Origin: Myxococcota bacterium
Lineage (GTDB): Bacteria; Myxococcota_A; Bradymonadia; UBA7976; UBA1532
Length of the DNA: 64,000 nt
Reading direction: 5' to 3'
Assembly (NCBI GenBank): GCA_036337435.1
Contig: JAYZEG010000095.1
Location: 33,606 to 97,605, forward strand
Below, piece after piece: positions 1-9,999 of the stretch. Positions within the stretch are counted from its first letter, which is position 1. Each line of letters starts with the position of its first letter. The notes below the pieces were generated by a model. The model made no database searches. It had not been told where the DNA came from and saw nothing but the letters and a program-made list of their open reading frames with translations. The translations under genes and the position numbers were made by a program.

Positions 1-523
1 CGGAACGCTCCCGTGCCTTAACGTTCCAGTCTAATGCATCTTCGATGCTCGACTCGCTAAACGGGGCTCGACGTCTGCGTTCAGCATCGGTCAACCCGTT
101 GAAGAGCCGTCTAAATATCCGTCTGAAATCATCGACGCCATACCAGGTCTGCCATCGAGGGACTTCTGGTATACCGCCCTCAATTTCTAATGGTCGGCCC
201 GGTTCGACCATTTCCAGTCCGAAGAGCGGAACATTTTCAAGAACACGCTCTGCAACGGCCCAGCCCAATTCCCGTCTCAGCTTCATGTCTCTCTGGAGTT
301 CCGATTCGAACGAACTGACGTTTGGGTCAGCGGGGTAGGGGTCTGCGAGGCCGACTAGAGCTCGACCAAAGACATCAACTTTGCCATTTTCAGGGCCGGG
401 GAAGGCGAGTTCATCAAGCGTCCGGCCATCGTCCGCCACAATTGGCGCATCACTGCATGCGATGGCCATCAGCATCAGAAGCCAAAGAACACGTCGTCGG
501 TATGGGTGAGGCACCCGCTTCAT
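1..523 (-). CDS. Lipoprotein of unknown function, truncated by window edge (absent from ORF track)
   Basis: Manual translation from ATG at 523: MKRVPHPYRRRVLWLLMLMAIAC-SDAP..., open to position 1. Lipobox-like AIAC; ATGA overlap with the stop of 520..3735. Confidence 0.8.
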   Translation of the reverse strand, partial: MKRVPHPYRRRVLWLLMLMAIACSDAPIVADDGRTLDELAFPGPENGKVDVFGRALVGLADPYPADPNVSSFESELQRDMKLRRELGWAVAERVLENVPLFGLEMVEPGRPLEIEGGIPEVPRWQTWYGVDDFRRIFRRLFNGLTDAERRRRAPFSESSIEDALDWNVKARERS

Positions 524-3500
524 TCAGCTTGTCCACCTGCTTCGGCCAATTGAATGGCCAAATCACTGGCGACAACGTACTCGTCCTGTCCGTCACGCAA
601 CAGAAAATACAACCAATTGTCGGAGCGAAAATGTGGAAACAAGGCTTTGGTGCCTTCCGGTACATCGGCGACAAGATGCTGTTCACCTGTCTTTAGGTCA
701 ACCATAATAATGACGCTCCTGTCTCCGGTGTATTGGTGGGTGGCGACGAAGCGCTCATCAAATGAAATGTTGGCTTTGGCACCAGGAATACATAAGCGTG
801 CGACCACCTGACCGATGTCGATGTCGTAGCTGTCTGCCGTTCGAGTCGTGACCACCTTTCGGATCACATACCCTAGGCTGTCACCGTCTTCACCCCCAGC
901 CAGTCGACTTACGACCAACTTACCCGACGGAGAGAGCACAGAGTCCCCCTCGAACGGAGAATCGACAATGACGCTTCTCAACTGTTCATACTGGCTGCCA
1001 TTGAAGATCATGGGCGAGAACTTCATCGTTGCGTTGGCACCGAAATGCGCAACCGGATTGTTTGTGGTTCGATTACGCCCAGAATCGCTGGTAAACTGAG
1101 AATTGATTACAAAATAATCGCCGCCGTTACTGCCGCGCGCAACATGTTGGTACAGGTTGATGTTGGTGCCGCGAATACAGCCCTCTTCTTCAAATGTGAT
1201 TTCTTCTGCCGTCTCTAAAATCGGCTGGGGGCAAATCCCTGTGCCTCCGCCCTGAAAGATGAAGCCGCTGTTGTCTGGGAAAAAGCTGGGGTCGTAACTG
1301 GCTTTTACTTTGATATCACGATTTCGAAGAAGGTCTGTCACCGTTGCGCCACCCTGAACACCGCCACCATTGGCAACGAAACGACCATCGGCAGAGCTCC
1401 TCGTCCAAAAACTAGTTTTGAATTGCAACTTGAGCACCTCTCTGAGCTGACCCTTGGCACTGCCCCAGTCAGACGAGCGGTCTAAATAGCCCGTTTGGAA
1501 ACAATTGCGCGCACGCCCACCTTCGCACCCAAACATCCGAATGCCATTTTCCTGATTTACTGCCCCCCAACCTTCGAAGGCCATCTCGGAAATATGAGCA
1601 TTCACTGCTGCACCATCGATAAAGGGCTCACACGTCGTCGGGGCAGGTGGATCCTGGATGACCGAATCCAGGTCGGGCAGCTTTTGTTCGAACCACTTCA
1701 AAACCACTGCATACTCGCGCTCATTGAGTGCCGAATAGGTTCCTTTTGGCATTCCAACTCGTCCTTTGAAAGAGACAAATTGCCTGAGCCACTCAGTCTC
1801 GCCATACGCTTTTTGAAAGAGCTTTCGAAAATAGCCATAGCGGGCGCCGGTGGTCAAAATGCCAATCTTGTCCGCTGCAAAAACCGATGCAGGGTCAGTA
1901 CTGCGAGCGCGCATGCAGTGAACGCTTTCGAGTGCTTGTTGTTGGCTCATGTCCTCGGGGTCAACTTTCAACTCGCAGCGGTCGAGTGCTGTCTGCGTGA
2001 GCTCGAGCCAGTGCCTCAGGCCGCCTTTCGACACAGAGTGACATTCTGCGCAGCGTCTGGTTGCGCAATCACCGTTCTCTCCATCGCATCGTTCATCACT
2101 TGTATCACTGACATTGGCGCCGAGAATCTTGAGAGCTTCTAGTGCCAGTTGGGGCCCTTCGAGCTCAACTTCTGGCAGCTCGCCGACGTCGATGACCTGC
2201 TCTGTTGGTAGTTCTTCGAACTTACAGTCGTAGATAGGCCCGCTATCACCCGTTGGGTTACTCGGACGCGCGCAGGCTTGGATGAAGTCGAGGGCTTTGC
2301 CATATTCAGACTCAGCCCAGGTGCTTTCATCGAGATGATGCATCTCGGGCGGCATCCAAAAGCGCTTTTCAAATTTCATCCCCTCGTCGGTTAATAGATT
2401 GTTCCAAAAAGTATCCGTCCCTTCTAGACGTCTGAGCCACGATTTTGCCCACCGGCCATCGGCCACGCGATGGCACTTGGTACATGCAGCAGTCTCGCTG
2501 CTGACCAAGTTCTTCGGCATTGTCCAGCCTTGTCCTTCGGCATCGACAATGCTGTAGGGGGCCTCATTAAATCCTAGAGTATATCCATCGTGCACGCCCA
2601 TCATCGGAATGACGGTATCCCCGTTTTCATCTTTTGCACCGTCGATCCACGGGGTATGGATGAAGGGGTCCGTCGAATGGCATTCGGCACATTGAATGCC
2701 GCTGCCTAAACCGCCGTGAATCCCGTTCCATAACGAATTGGATGTCTGAGGCGATGCGGTCGATTCGAGGTCATCTGCCGGGTGTGGAATGTGAACGCCA
2801 TCGGTTTTCGAATAGAGCGCGTTTTGGAAATAACAGGTTTTCCCCGTGTAGGGGTTATGTCCGATCATTGCCACATCATTGTATTGACCCTCTTCCGTCA
2901 ATGCTTTGCGACACAAAAGCACCCAGTATGTCCCCTGGTCATTGACGCGTCGTGCGACTCGCGGTCCATTGGTGCGGCCGTTGACTGCATTTGGTTCGCA
3001 TGAATTGTAGATAAACTGGGGGTCGTCACATTTAGACTGGGTCGTCTCAGGAAATGTTTTTGTGCCGTCTTCCAGGGTGACTGTCATGGGGATAGGCACG
3101 GAATCGAGGCAGTTGTAGGTCGCGTAATCGTTCTCTGCAATTTTTTCGAAAAATGGGATTTCACCCAAGTTGTTGACACACGCTTGACCGTACGCAACCG
3201 TACTTCGGATGGCCTCATTCGCATCACCATACCCGTCGAATTTGCCGCTGCCCCTCTTGTCCAAAGCGCGCCTGATATCGAGCTCCGCCTTGCGGACGAC
3301 TTGATCGCCGTTCATCAAGCAAAGGTCGATTGTATAGATGCCAGCCAACGCGATATTGATCATGTCCAGGGTCGGCTCTTCGGCTTCGACGAAAGCTGTG
3401 TTGTATTGGTCCAGAAACATGTCTGCTCTGGCAAATGGACCCAGGAAGGTATCCCCCGACTCGGAGGCGGTCGGTTGTTCATCGATGCGGGGAATCTCAG

Positions 3501-3735
3501 GGAGCATCTGCCCACATTCGAGAACGCCGCTGGCACCGTTACGAATCCGAGCGTGCAGGGTTTGCCCGGCCTTCAACGCTGGATAGACTGAGACTTTGAG
3601 TTGGTTCGTCATCTCGTCTAATTGTACTTCGAACAGCGGTGGCCCCTTATATTCGTCCATCGGTGCATCAGAACAGCCGACGAAAAGCAGCGTAAGAATG
3701 GCTATAGATCGCCCAAGTGGGCCAAATAAACGCAT
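520..3735 (-). CDS. Large lipoprotein with three c-type heme-binding motifs and a beta-rich C-terminal region
   Basis: 1071 aa; lipobox FVGC; CxxCH motifs CAECH (2677-2691), CTKCH (2470-2484), CAECH (2038-2052). Confidence 0.75.
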   Translation of the reverse strand: MRLFGPLGRSIAILTLLFVGCSDAPMDEYKGPPLFEVQLDEMTNQLKVSVYPALKAGQTLHARIRNGASGVLECGQMLPEIPRIDEQPTASESGDTFLGPFARADMFLDQYNTAFVEAEEPTLDMINIALAGIYTIDLCLMNGDQVVRKAELDIRRALDKRGSGKFDGYGDANEAIRSTVAYGQACVNNLGEIPFFEKIAENDYATYNCLDSVPIPMTVTLEDGTKTFPETTQSKCDDPQFIYNSCEPNAVNGRTNGPRVARRVNDQGTYWVLLCRKALTEEGQYNDVAMIGHNPYTGKTCYFQNALYSKTDGVHIPHPADDLESTASPQTSNSLWNGIHGGLGSGIQCAECHSTDPFIHTPWIDGAKDENGDTVIPMMGVHDGYTLGFNEAPYSIVDAEGQGWTMPKNLVSSETAACTKCHRVADGRWAKSWLRRLEGTDTFWNNLLTDEGMKFEKRFWMPPEMHHLDESTWAESEYGKALDFIQACARPSNPTGDSGPIYDCKFEELPTEQVIDVGELPEVELEGPQLALEALKILGANVSDTSDERCDGENGDCATRRCAECHSVSKGGLRHWLELTQTALDRCELKVDPEDMSQQQALESVHCMRARSTDPASVFAADKIGILTTGARYGYFRKLFQKAYGETEWLRQFVSFKGRVGMPKGTYSALNEREYAVVLKWFEQKLPDLDSVIQDPPAPTTCEPFIDGAAVNAHISEMAFEGWGAVNQENGIRMFGCEGGRARNCFQTGYLDRSSDWGSAKGQLREVLKLQFKTSFWTRSSADGRFVANGGGVQGGATVTDLLRNRDIKVKASYDPSFFPDNSGFIFQGGGTGICPQPILETAEEITFEEEGCIRGTNINLYQHVARGSNGGDYFVINSQFTSDSGRNRTTNNPVAHFGANATMKFSPMIFNGSQYEQLRSVIVDSPFEGDSVLSPSGKLVVSRLAGGEDGDSLGYVIRKVVTTRTADSYDIDIGQVVARLCIPGAKANISFDERFVATHQYTGDRSVIIMVDLKTGEQHLVADVPEGTKALFPHFRSDNWLYFLLRDGQDEYVVASDLAIQLAEAGGQAE

Positions 3736-3873
3736 GACTCATCCCCCCAATGTGAAGGTAACCCCGGTAATACGACCAGCATGTCTCGAGACACGTACCC
3801 CCGACCGCGCGCGAATGATACGGCAAAAGGTCTTTGAAATCAAGCCTTAGGAGACCGCCGGTTCTTCCATTAA

Positions 3874-4782
3874 CTAGGGTTCTGAGCAGGTCAAAGTCGT
3901 TCCGGGGTGGGCGGTTTGACTGCCTTCGCAGACAGCGTCCCCAGAACATCCGCAGAAGCCGTCGATACACACATCGACAGGCCCGGTGGTGCATTCGCCA
4001 TCGTTGCGGCAGCGGCAAAAGCCATCATCGCCACAGAGCGTGCCGTTGGTTTGGCATGAGTCAGCCGTACATTTACAGCGGCCCGACTCAACATCACAGC
4101 TCGGATAATCCCCGAGGCAGTGACTGTCGTTGCCGCATGGAACAGCACAGTTGCCTGCGCCATCGCATGCCGCTCGGTCTTGCACGCATACGCGAATGGC
4201 CCCAGTGCCGTCAGCGCGATTCAATTCCAATTCTGCCATTGTGAGGGTGTCACAACCGATAAAATCGTTCGGTATGATGGCGCAGGCGTTGAGTCCGTCG
4301 TAGTTGATGCACGCTTGGGTCCCATTCGTACCGCCAGGACAGTCGCTGTCTGTCTCACAGCTGTCTATCCAGGCCGAGAAAATGGCGATGCAATCTCGAT
4401 CCGTTCCGCAATTTTGCGTACAGACGCCGTCATTACAGGTGTGGCCGTCCAAACAATCATCATCGGCCTCGCATCGCTCCTGGCACAATTGGTAGTCATC
4501 GGGCAACACGAGACCGCCCCCGCCGCCAGTGCCGCCGGTCCCAGCAGAACCACCGGACCCGCCCGTGGTACCCATGTCGCCATTTTCAGCGGTCGTGTCA
4601 CCTGCATCAGACGATGCGTCGCCACCACCAGAGCCTCCGGTTCCACCAGAGCCTCCTTGCCCGGCATTACCGCCGGTTGCCATCATCGCTGGCCGATCGT
4701 CTGAACTGGAGTCACAGCCCCACACGGTGAGGGAGAGAGCACAAAAAAGCGCGAGATAGGTTTCGGAACGTTTAATCCCCAT
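3874..4782 (-). CDS. Cys-rich lipoprotein with Gly/Ser/Thr linker
   Basis: Lipobox VWGC; GGxGG low-complexity linker; repeated CxxDxxC units. Confidence 0.75.
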   Translation of the reverse strand: MGIKRSETYLALFCALSLTVWGCDSSSDDRPAMMATGGNAGQGGSGGTGGSGGGDASSDAGDTTAENGDMGTTGGSGGSAGTGGTGGGGGLVLPDDYQLCQERCEADDDCLDGHTCNDGVCTQNCGTDRDCIAIFSAWIDSCETDSDCPGGTNGTQACINYDGLNACAIIPNDFIGCDTLTMAELELNRADGTGAIRVCVQDRAACDGAGNCAVPCGNDSHCLGDYPSCDVESGRCKCTADSCQTNGTLCGDDGFCRCRNDGECTTGPVDVCIDGFCGCSGDAVCEGSQTAHPGTTLTCSEP

Positions 4783-4940
4783 AACAAGCTCCTAGAATGC
4801 GGGTTGAGTTGATCCGCCGACTAGCTAACACGGGTTTTGGCGATTTGCTAGGTTCATCATGGTGGTTTCCTGACTGTTGGAAAGGTTATTCTTGCTCTCG
4901 AAACAGTGCTACAGTCGGGGCCAGAGATCGGAGGTATGCA

Positions 4941-5924
4941 ATGAAACGCTTTGTTTGGATGAGTCTCTTTCTATTTTTTGGAGCGTGTGGTTCCGATGAA
5001 GCTGACCAAGTATCGGATGGGGTTGACGAACCTGCCGTTATACCCCTCGCTCCACCGCCAGAAGGGGCCGGTTATCAATTGAACTTTGAGGCCGTCGCCC
5101 CGCCATTCTCAGAAGTGTGGCTCTGCAAAGTCGGACCTATGCCAAATCTTGAGCTGGCCAATGTGAATCGAGTTCAGGCTCAGCAGAACCCAGGCACTCA
5201 CCACCTGACCTTGTCTACATTGGGCTTAGCCCCATCAACACCCGTTGAGCATGGCGTTTACAATTGCGACGACCTCTACGGTGATTCAAGTCTCATGCAG
5301 GATCAAATTATGTTCTATGGAAACCAAGGTGAGGCTGAACACGAATTGATCATGCCCGATGGCGTGGCTGCGGGCATTCCCCCTATGCTGGATGTCATTC
5401 ATGAGGTCCATTACGTCAATACGACAGATCAACCGGTGAATCTCTACTCAAGAATCAACGCTTGGACGATGCCTGCCGCGGATGTCGTCGAAGGCATTTG
5501 GGGGAGCCAAGTACGCGATGAAACCATCGAGATTCCCCCGCGTTCGACAAAAACGGAATGGAGCCGCTGCGTTTTCAACGAGGACGTAGAGATTATTTTT
5601 ATGGCGTCTCATACCCATAAACTCGGGAAAGAATTCACAATTGCGCCTTTTGATGGCCAGGAGACCGGAGAGATCATCTATCGAAATGATGATTGGCACA
5701 CGCCCAAGATCGTGCCCTACGATCCACCACTTGTGGTCAAGGCAGGCGAGGGTTTTGAATGGGCATGCACCTTCGATAATCCGACTGATGAGGCCGTAGG
5801 TTACGGGTCCAGTGCCGATGATGAGATGTGTAATCCGACCTTTGTACACACGCCATTTAGCCTGTCGGCACGGTGTGAGGTTGTAGAGACCAGCGACGGT
5901 GTCCTGTGGTCGCCAGACCAGTAA
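4941..5924 (+). CDS. Copper type II ascorbate-dependent monooxygenase-like (PHM/DBH family) lipoprotein
   Basis: ATG 4941 after GGAGG; lipobox FGAC; Cu ligands GTHHL, EVHYVN, SHTHK, DEMC. Confidence 0.8.
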   Translation: MKRFVWMSLFLFFGACGSDEADQVSDGVDEPAVIPLAPPPEGAGYQLNFEAVAPPFSEVWLCKVGPMPNLELANVNRVQAQQNPGTHHLTLSTLGLAPSTPVEHGVYNCDDLYGDSSLMQDQIMFYGNQGEAEHELIMPDGVAAGIPPMLDVIHEVHYVNTTDQPVNLYSRINAWTMPAADVVEGIWGSQVRDETIEIPPRSTKTEWSRCVFNEDVEIIFMASHTHKLGKEFTIAPFDGQETGEIIYRNDDWHTPKIVPYDPPLVVKAGEGFEWACTFDNPTDEAVGYGSSADDEMCNPTFVHTPFSLSARCEVVETSDGVLWSPDQ

Positions 5925-6007
5925 GGGCAGCGTCTTTCTTACCTCGCGAATCGCTGCAATGAGCTGAACGCAGCTGCTGTGAACAGACGCTCTGAGTTGG
6001 AGGCAAA

Positions 6008-6946
6008 ATGGCCATTAACTGGTTTCCAGGTCACATGCACAAAGCGCGTAAAGAAATCGCGCAAATCATGCCAAAGGTCGATTTATTGATCGAGGTCGTC
6101 GATGCCCGGATTCCGTACTCAAGTGCGAACCCCTTGGTGGATGAATGGCGTCGGGACAAGCCGATGCTTAAGATTCTCAATAAGATCGACCTCGCTGACC
6201 CATCGATGACTCAAGATTGGATCGATGATTTCGAGCAAGATTCTGATATCCGGGCACTGACCCTCGATGCGCGCAACGCGCAGCACTGTCGCGAGTTGCT
6301 CAATCGCGGCCGTAAGCTCGTCCACGCGCCGAGGTCGCCTGGTAAGCCGCTCACAGCTATGATTCTCGGCATCCCCAATGTGGGGAAGTCCACCTTGATC
6401 AACGGCATGGCGGGGCGCTTGATCGCGAAGACCGGAAATGTGCCCGCCGTCACAAAAAAACAACAACGGATCCCGCTTGCACAGGATTTTGTGCTCTTGG
6501 ATACACCGGGTTTTCTTTGGCCCAAGTTGTGGCCTGACGGCTGTGGCTACCGGTTGGCGATAACGGGCGCCATCAAAGATGCGGTTATCGATTACGACGA
6601 CATCGCTTATTTCGCCACCGACTTCTTCAGGCAACACTATCCGGATGCTCTTCTAGCCCGCTACCGTTTGGATTCGATCCCCGATACGACCATCGAACTG
6701 ATGGAGGCCATTGCAGCCCGGCGTGGCTGCATCGGAAAAGGAGGTCTCATCCGCTTATCTCAAGTCTCGGAGCTTTTGATCCGTGAATACCGACAAGGCA
6801 AACTCGGCCGTGTCAGCCTTGAAACGCCACAGTTGATCCGAGCTGAGTTACGGGTGGCCGAGCGTGAAAAAGCCGAAAAAGACGCGGCCAAGCAGGCACG
6901 CCTAGAGATGCGGCAGCAGAACAAAAAGAAGACCAAGAGGCGATAG
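6008..6946 (+). CDS. ylqF: Ribosome biogenesis GTPase YlqF/RbgA
   Basis: N-terminal INWFPGHM; circularly permuted NKID, GIPNVGKS, DTPG. Confidence 0.95.
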   Translation: MAINWFPGHMHKARKEIAQIMPKVDLLIEVVDARIPYSSANPLVDEWRRDKPMLKILNKIDLADPSMTQDWIDDFEQDSDIRALTLDARNAQHCRELLNRGRKLVHAPRSPGKPLTAMILGIPNVGKSTLINGMAGRLIAKTGNVPAVTKKQQRIPLAQDFVLLDTPGFLWPKLWPDGCGYRLAITGAIKDAVIDYDDIAYFATDFFRQHYPDALLARYRLDSIPDTTIELMEAIAARRGCIGKGGLIRLSQVSELLIREYRQGKLGRVSLETPQLIRAELRVAEREKAEKDAAKQARLEMRQQNKKKTKRR

Positions 6947-6950
6947 TGGT

Positions 6951-7430
6951 ATGGTGACGTACAATCTACGAGTCTGTCTCTTTTTGGCTGCTCTTTTTGG
7001 GTATGATTTAGGGCGTGCCCACGGTGAAACAAAGACGCTTGGCTTGGGTGTGCTACTTGGAGAACCGACGGGTCTAAGCGGCAAGCTATTCATGGATGAT
7101 GACCATGCAATCGCAGCGGGTCTTAGTTTCAGTTTTGTCGACGACAACTTGCACTTACATGCTGACTATTTGTTGCACTTCCGCGGTCGACTCAGTCAGC
7201 TAGAGGGGGGTAAATGGATTCCATACGTTGGAATCGGAGGTAAGTTTAGGGTCTGGGAAGACCAGGGAAGGGGCGATGATGGCCTCTCTGTTCGCGTTCC
7301 GGTCGGACTTGTTGTTCACCTCCATTCTACGCCACTCGATGTGTTTTTGGAATTCGTGCCCGGGATGAGAATTCTGCCTGCAACAGATGCTGATTTGGGG
7401 GCAGCTCTGGGCGTGAGATGGTATTTTTAA
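6951..7430 (+). CDS. Small secreted outer-membrane beta-barrel-like protein
   Basis: Signal peptide; [15 protein letters not shown]; amphipathic strands; C-terminal GVRWYF. Confidence 0.65.
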   Translation: MVTYNLRVCLFLAALFGYDLGRAHGETKTLGLGVLLGEPTGLSGKLFMDDDHAIAAGLSFSFVDDNLHLHADYLLHFRGRLSQLEGGKWIPYVGIGGKFRVWEDQGRGDDGLSVRVPVGLVVHLHSTPLDVFLEFVPGMRILPATDADLGAALGVRWYF

Positions 7431-7566
7431 ACGCACCGTGCTCCAAATTCGCACCTTTCTTGGAACGGAGCTGTATCGCCTGACGGTTCTCGCGCATCTT
7501 GCAGGGCTCGCAGCGGTTTGTGCTGCGGTGCGGTTTTATGACAGACGGACAAGGAGTCAAGTGACC

Positions 7567-7962
7567 ATGAGTACCAAAACAGACGCCGAGTGGTTAGCTC
7601 TGCTGGGACCCGAAGCATTTAGAGTCGCGCGACAAGCCGGCACGGAACGCCCGTTCTCAGGACGATATAACGCCCATTACGATGTCGGCACTTACACGTG
7701 TATCTGTTGTGGTCTGCCTCTGTTTAAGAGTGACTCAAAATTTAATTCAGGCTGTGGTTGGCCCAGCTTTTTTGAACCATTGGATGCCGCTCATTTAGTT
7801 GAAGTCCGCGACACCAGTCACGGCATGGTTCGAACGGAAATCCGGTGCACGGGCTGCGACGCCCATCTCGGGCATGTTTTCAACGATGGTCCGCCCCCCA
7901 CCGGCATCCGTTATTGCATCAACTCAGTCTGCTTAGATTTCGATGAACAGGTCGCCAGCTGA
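7567..7962 (+). CDS. msrB: Peptide-methionine (R)-S-oxide reductase MsrB
   Basis: [30 protein letters not shown], two Zn CxxC; start moved to ATG 7567 after AAGGAG. Confidence 0.95.
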   Translation: MSTKTDAEWLALLGPEAFRVARQAGTERPFSGRYNAHYDVGTYTCICCGLPLFKSDSKFNSGCGWPSFFEPLDAAHLVEVRDTSHGMVRTEIRCTGCDAHLGHVFNDGPPPTGIRYCINSVCLDFDEQVAS

Positions 7963-8080
7963 ACTCACCTGGCACCGGCCCTTCACCATGTCCATTGAAG
8001 TCGGCAACACGTCGCGCGCATTCCCGCCTTTGCACCACCCCACATCCGTGTCATAACGGCAGCGATTTATTTGATCTGAG

Positions 8081-9142
8081 ATGATGATGGCGTCGCGTGT
8101 TTTGATCGTAGGTTGCGGAGGGATTGGCGGTGTGTTGACTGCGTCAGCAGCGCGGGCCCCCTTTGACTCTTGGACCGTGTCCAGAAACGATGCGGTCCGT
8201 GACCGGATTGCCAAAAACGGCCTCATATGCATTCGAGGACGCACTCGCCAGCGGTCTAAGCCACGGGTCGTCGACACCGTTGAGTCCATGACTTTTGATT
8301 TGGTGGTCTTGGCGACTCAGCCGACCGATGTCGAATCCGCAGCTAGACAATACGGGCCGCATCTGTCCGATGATGGTGAGATGCTAGTGTTACAAAATGG
8401 CCTGTGTGAAGAGCGGGTCGCGCGGGTATTGGAATCACCTGAAAGGGTGGTCGGGGGCGTTGTTGCATGGGGGGCGAGAACCCATGGTGTGGGTGTGGTC
8501 GAGCAGACATCGGAAGGACACGTTATCATTGGAACGCTCACCGGCCGCCGCCCACGCCAAATGTCGCTCATAAACGAGCTCTTCAACCCGATAGCGACAG
8601 TTAAGTGGACAGACAATCTTTTGGGCAGTCGTTGGAGCAAGCTCATTTTAAATTGTATCGTGTCGTCACTCGGCACGCTGAATGGAACCCACTTGGGGGC
8701 GGTCGTTCGCGCACTCAACGGGCGTCGTTTGGGCCTCAAAATCTTAGCAGAGGGGGTTGCTGCGGCCGATGCTCTCGGCATTGTCTTGGAACCTGTATCA
8801 GGCACCATTGACCTGCGCCAGCTCAGTCTTGCTGGCTCTACACCGAGGGGCAGTCGATGGCGCGTCATTTACGCGCATGGGATTCTGCTGGTGGTTGGTT
8901 TTAAGTATCGGAAATTGTATAGCTCGTTGCTCCGGGCCATCGAAGCTGGTCGACCGCCGGCTGTCGATTTCTTAAATGGTGAGTTGGTTCGGGCTGGTCG
9001 ATCCGTTGGTCTACCTATGGTCGTCAACGCGGCGATTTGTGACAAAGTCCATGGGTTTGCCCGCGGGCAAATCGAACCCGGGCCACAGACCATCGACAGG
9101 TTGTTGGAGACTGTCAGCTCCGTCGATAACGAGGTGCCATGA
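8081..9142 (+). CDS. panE: Ketopantoate reductase (PanE/ApbA) family protein
   Basis: GCGGIGG Rossmann motif; LQNG; WSKLILN; DFLNGELV. Confidence 0.8.
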   Translation: MMMASRVLIVGCGGIGGVLTASAARAPFDSWTVSRNDAVRDRIAKNGLICIRGRTRQRSKPRVVDTVESMTFDLVVLATQPTDVESAARQYGPHLSDDGEMLVLQNGLCEERVARVLESPERVVGGVVAWGARTHGVGVVEQTSEGHVIIGTLTGRRPRQMSLINELFNPIATVKWTDNLLGSRWSKLILNCIVSSLGTLNGTHLGAVVRALNGRRLGLKILAEGVAAADALGIVLEPVSGTIDLRQLSLAGSTPRGSRWRVIYAHGILLVVGFKYRKLYSSLLRAIEAGRPPAVDFLNGELVRAGRSVGLPMVVNAAICDKVHGFARGQIEPGPQTIDRLLETVSSVDNEVP

Positions 9143-9189
9143 GTCCGCAGAGATAGGCTCGAATTTGCCAAAATAAGGATGTAGAACCG

Positions 9190-9999
9190 ATGGGAAAACT
9201 TGCCTGGTTGACCGACCCGCATTTTGACATGTTGAGTGACCACGAATTTACCGCATTGCTCGATACGTGGTCAAAAATCGAGGTTGACGGTCTAGTCATC
9301 ACCGGTGACATTGCCGATGGTGATACTTTATTCGCTGTTTTGACCGCTCTCGATGCCACTCTCCCATTCCCAATTTGGTTTGTTCTGGGCAACCACGACT
9401 ATTATGGCACAAGCATTGACGAACAACGTCTTGCTGTACGGCAATGGTGCCTCCAGGCGAAACGGACAACTTGGCTTGCTGATGTGAGGCATATCCATCT
9501 ATCCAACGAAACGGCATTACTTGGACACGGTGGCTGGGCGGATGGTGGCTATGGTGATTTTCATGCATCGAATATCGTGCTGAACGATTACCGCCTCATC
9601 TCAGAACTTACAGGTCACCCAAAGCGTGAACTCGCTCGGCGTTTGGCTCATCTCGGTCGGGACGCGGCTGCTGTCATCGAGCGCCAACTTGTCGACGCCT
9701 TTCGGACTCATAAGCATGTTATCCTCGCAACCCATGTTCCGCCCTTTGTCGAAGCGTGTTGGTATCAAGGGCAGGCGACTGTCAATGAATGGACACCCCA
9801 CTTTAGTTGTAAGGCGGTTGGAGATTGCCTACGAGACGTAGCAGCGACCTATCCTGAGCATACCATTCGAGTCTATTGCGGCCACACCCATTCGGGCGGC
9901 GTAGCGCAAATTGCCCCGAACCTACACGTCACAACCGGTGGGGCGACTTACGGGCAGCCAGGTCTTCAGGCCGGTATTCTCTGGAAAGACGAGGCCTAG
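9190..9999 (+). CDS. Calcineurin-like metallophosphoesterase (Icc/CpdA-like)
   Basis: TDPH, TGD, GNHD, THVPP, CGHTH motifs. Confidence 0.9.
   Translation: MGKLAWLTDPHFDMLSDHEFTALLDTWSKIEVDGLVITGDIADGDTLFAVLTALDATLPFPIWFVLGNHDYYGTSIDEQRLAVRQWCLQAKRTTWLADVRHIHLSNETALLGHGGWADGGYGDFHASNIVLNDYRLISELTGHPKRELARRLAHLGRDAAAVIERQLVDAFRTHKHVILATHVPPFVEACWYQGQATVNEWTPHFSCKAVGDCLRDVAATYPEHTIRVYCGHTHSGGVAQIAPNLHVTTGGATYGQPGLQAGILWKDEA

Noticed and set aside
1495..2142. 215-aa plus-strand ORF, and similar ORFs at 4120-4704, 46344-47045, 52122-52787 and 52840-53469
   Set aside because: Antisense or alternate-frame shadows of well-supported genes
4515..4680. GC-rich short repeats (ccaccagagcctcc)
   Set aside because: They encode the Gly-rich linker of the lipoprotein; not a CRISPR array or mobile repeat
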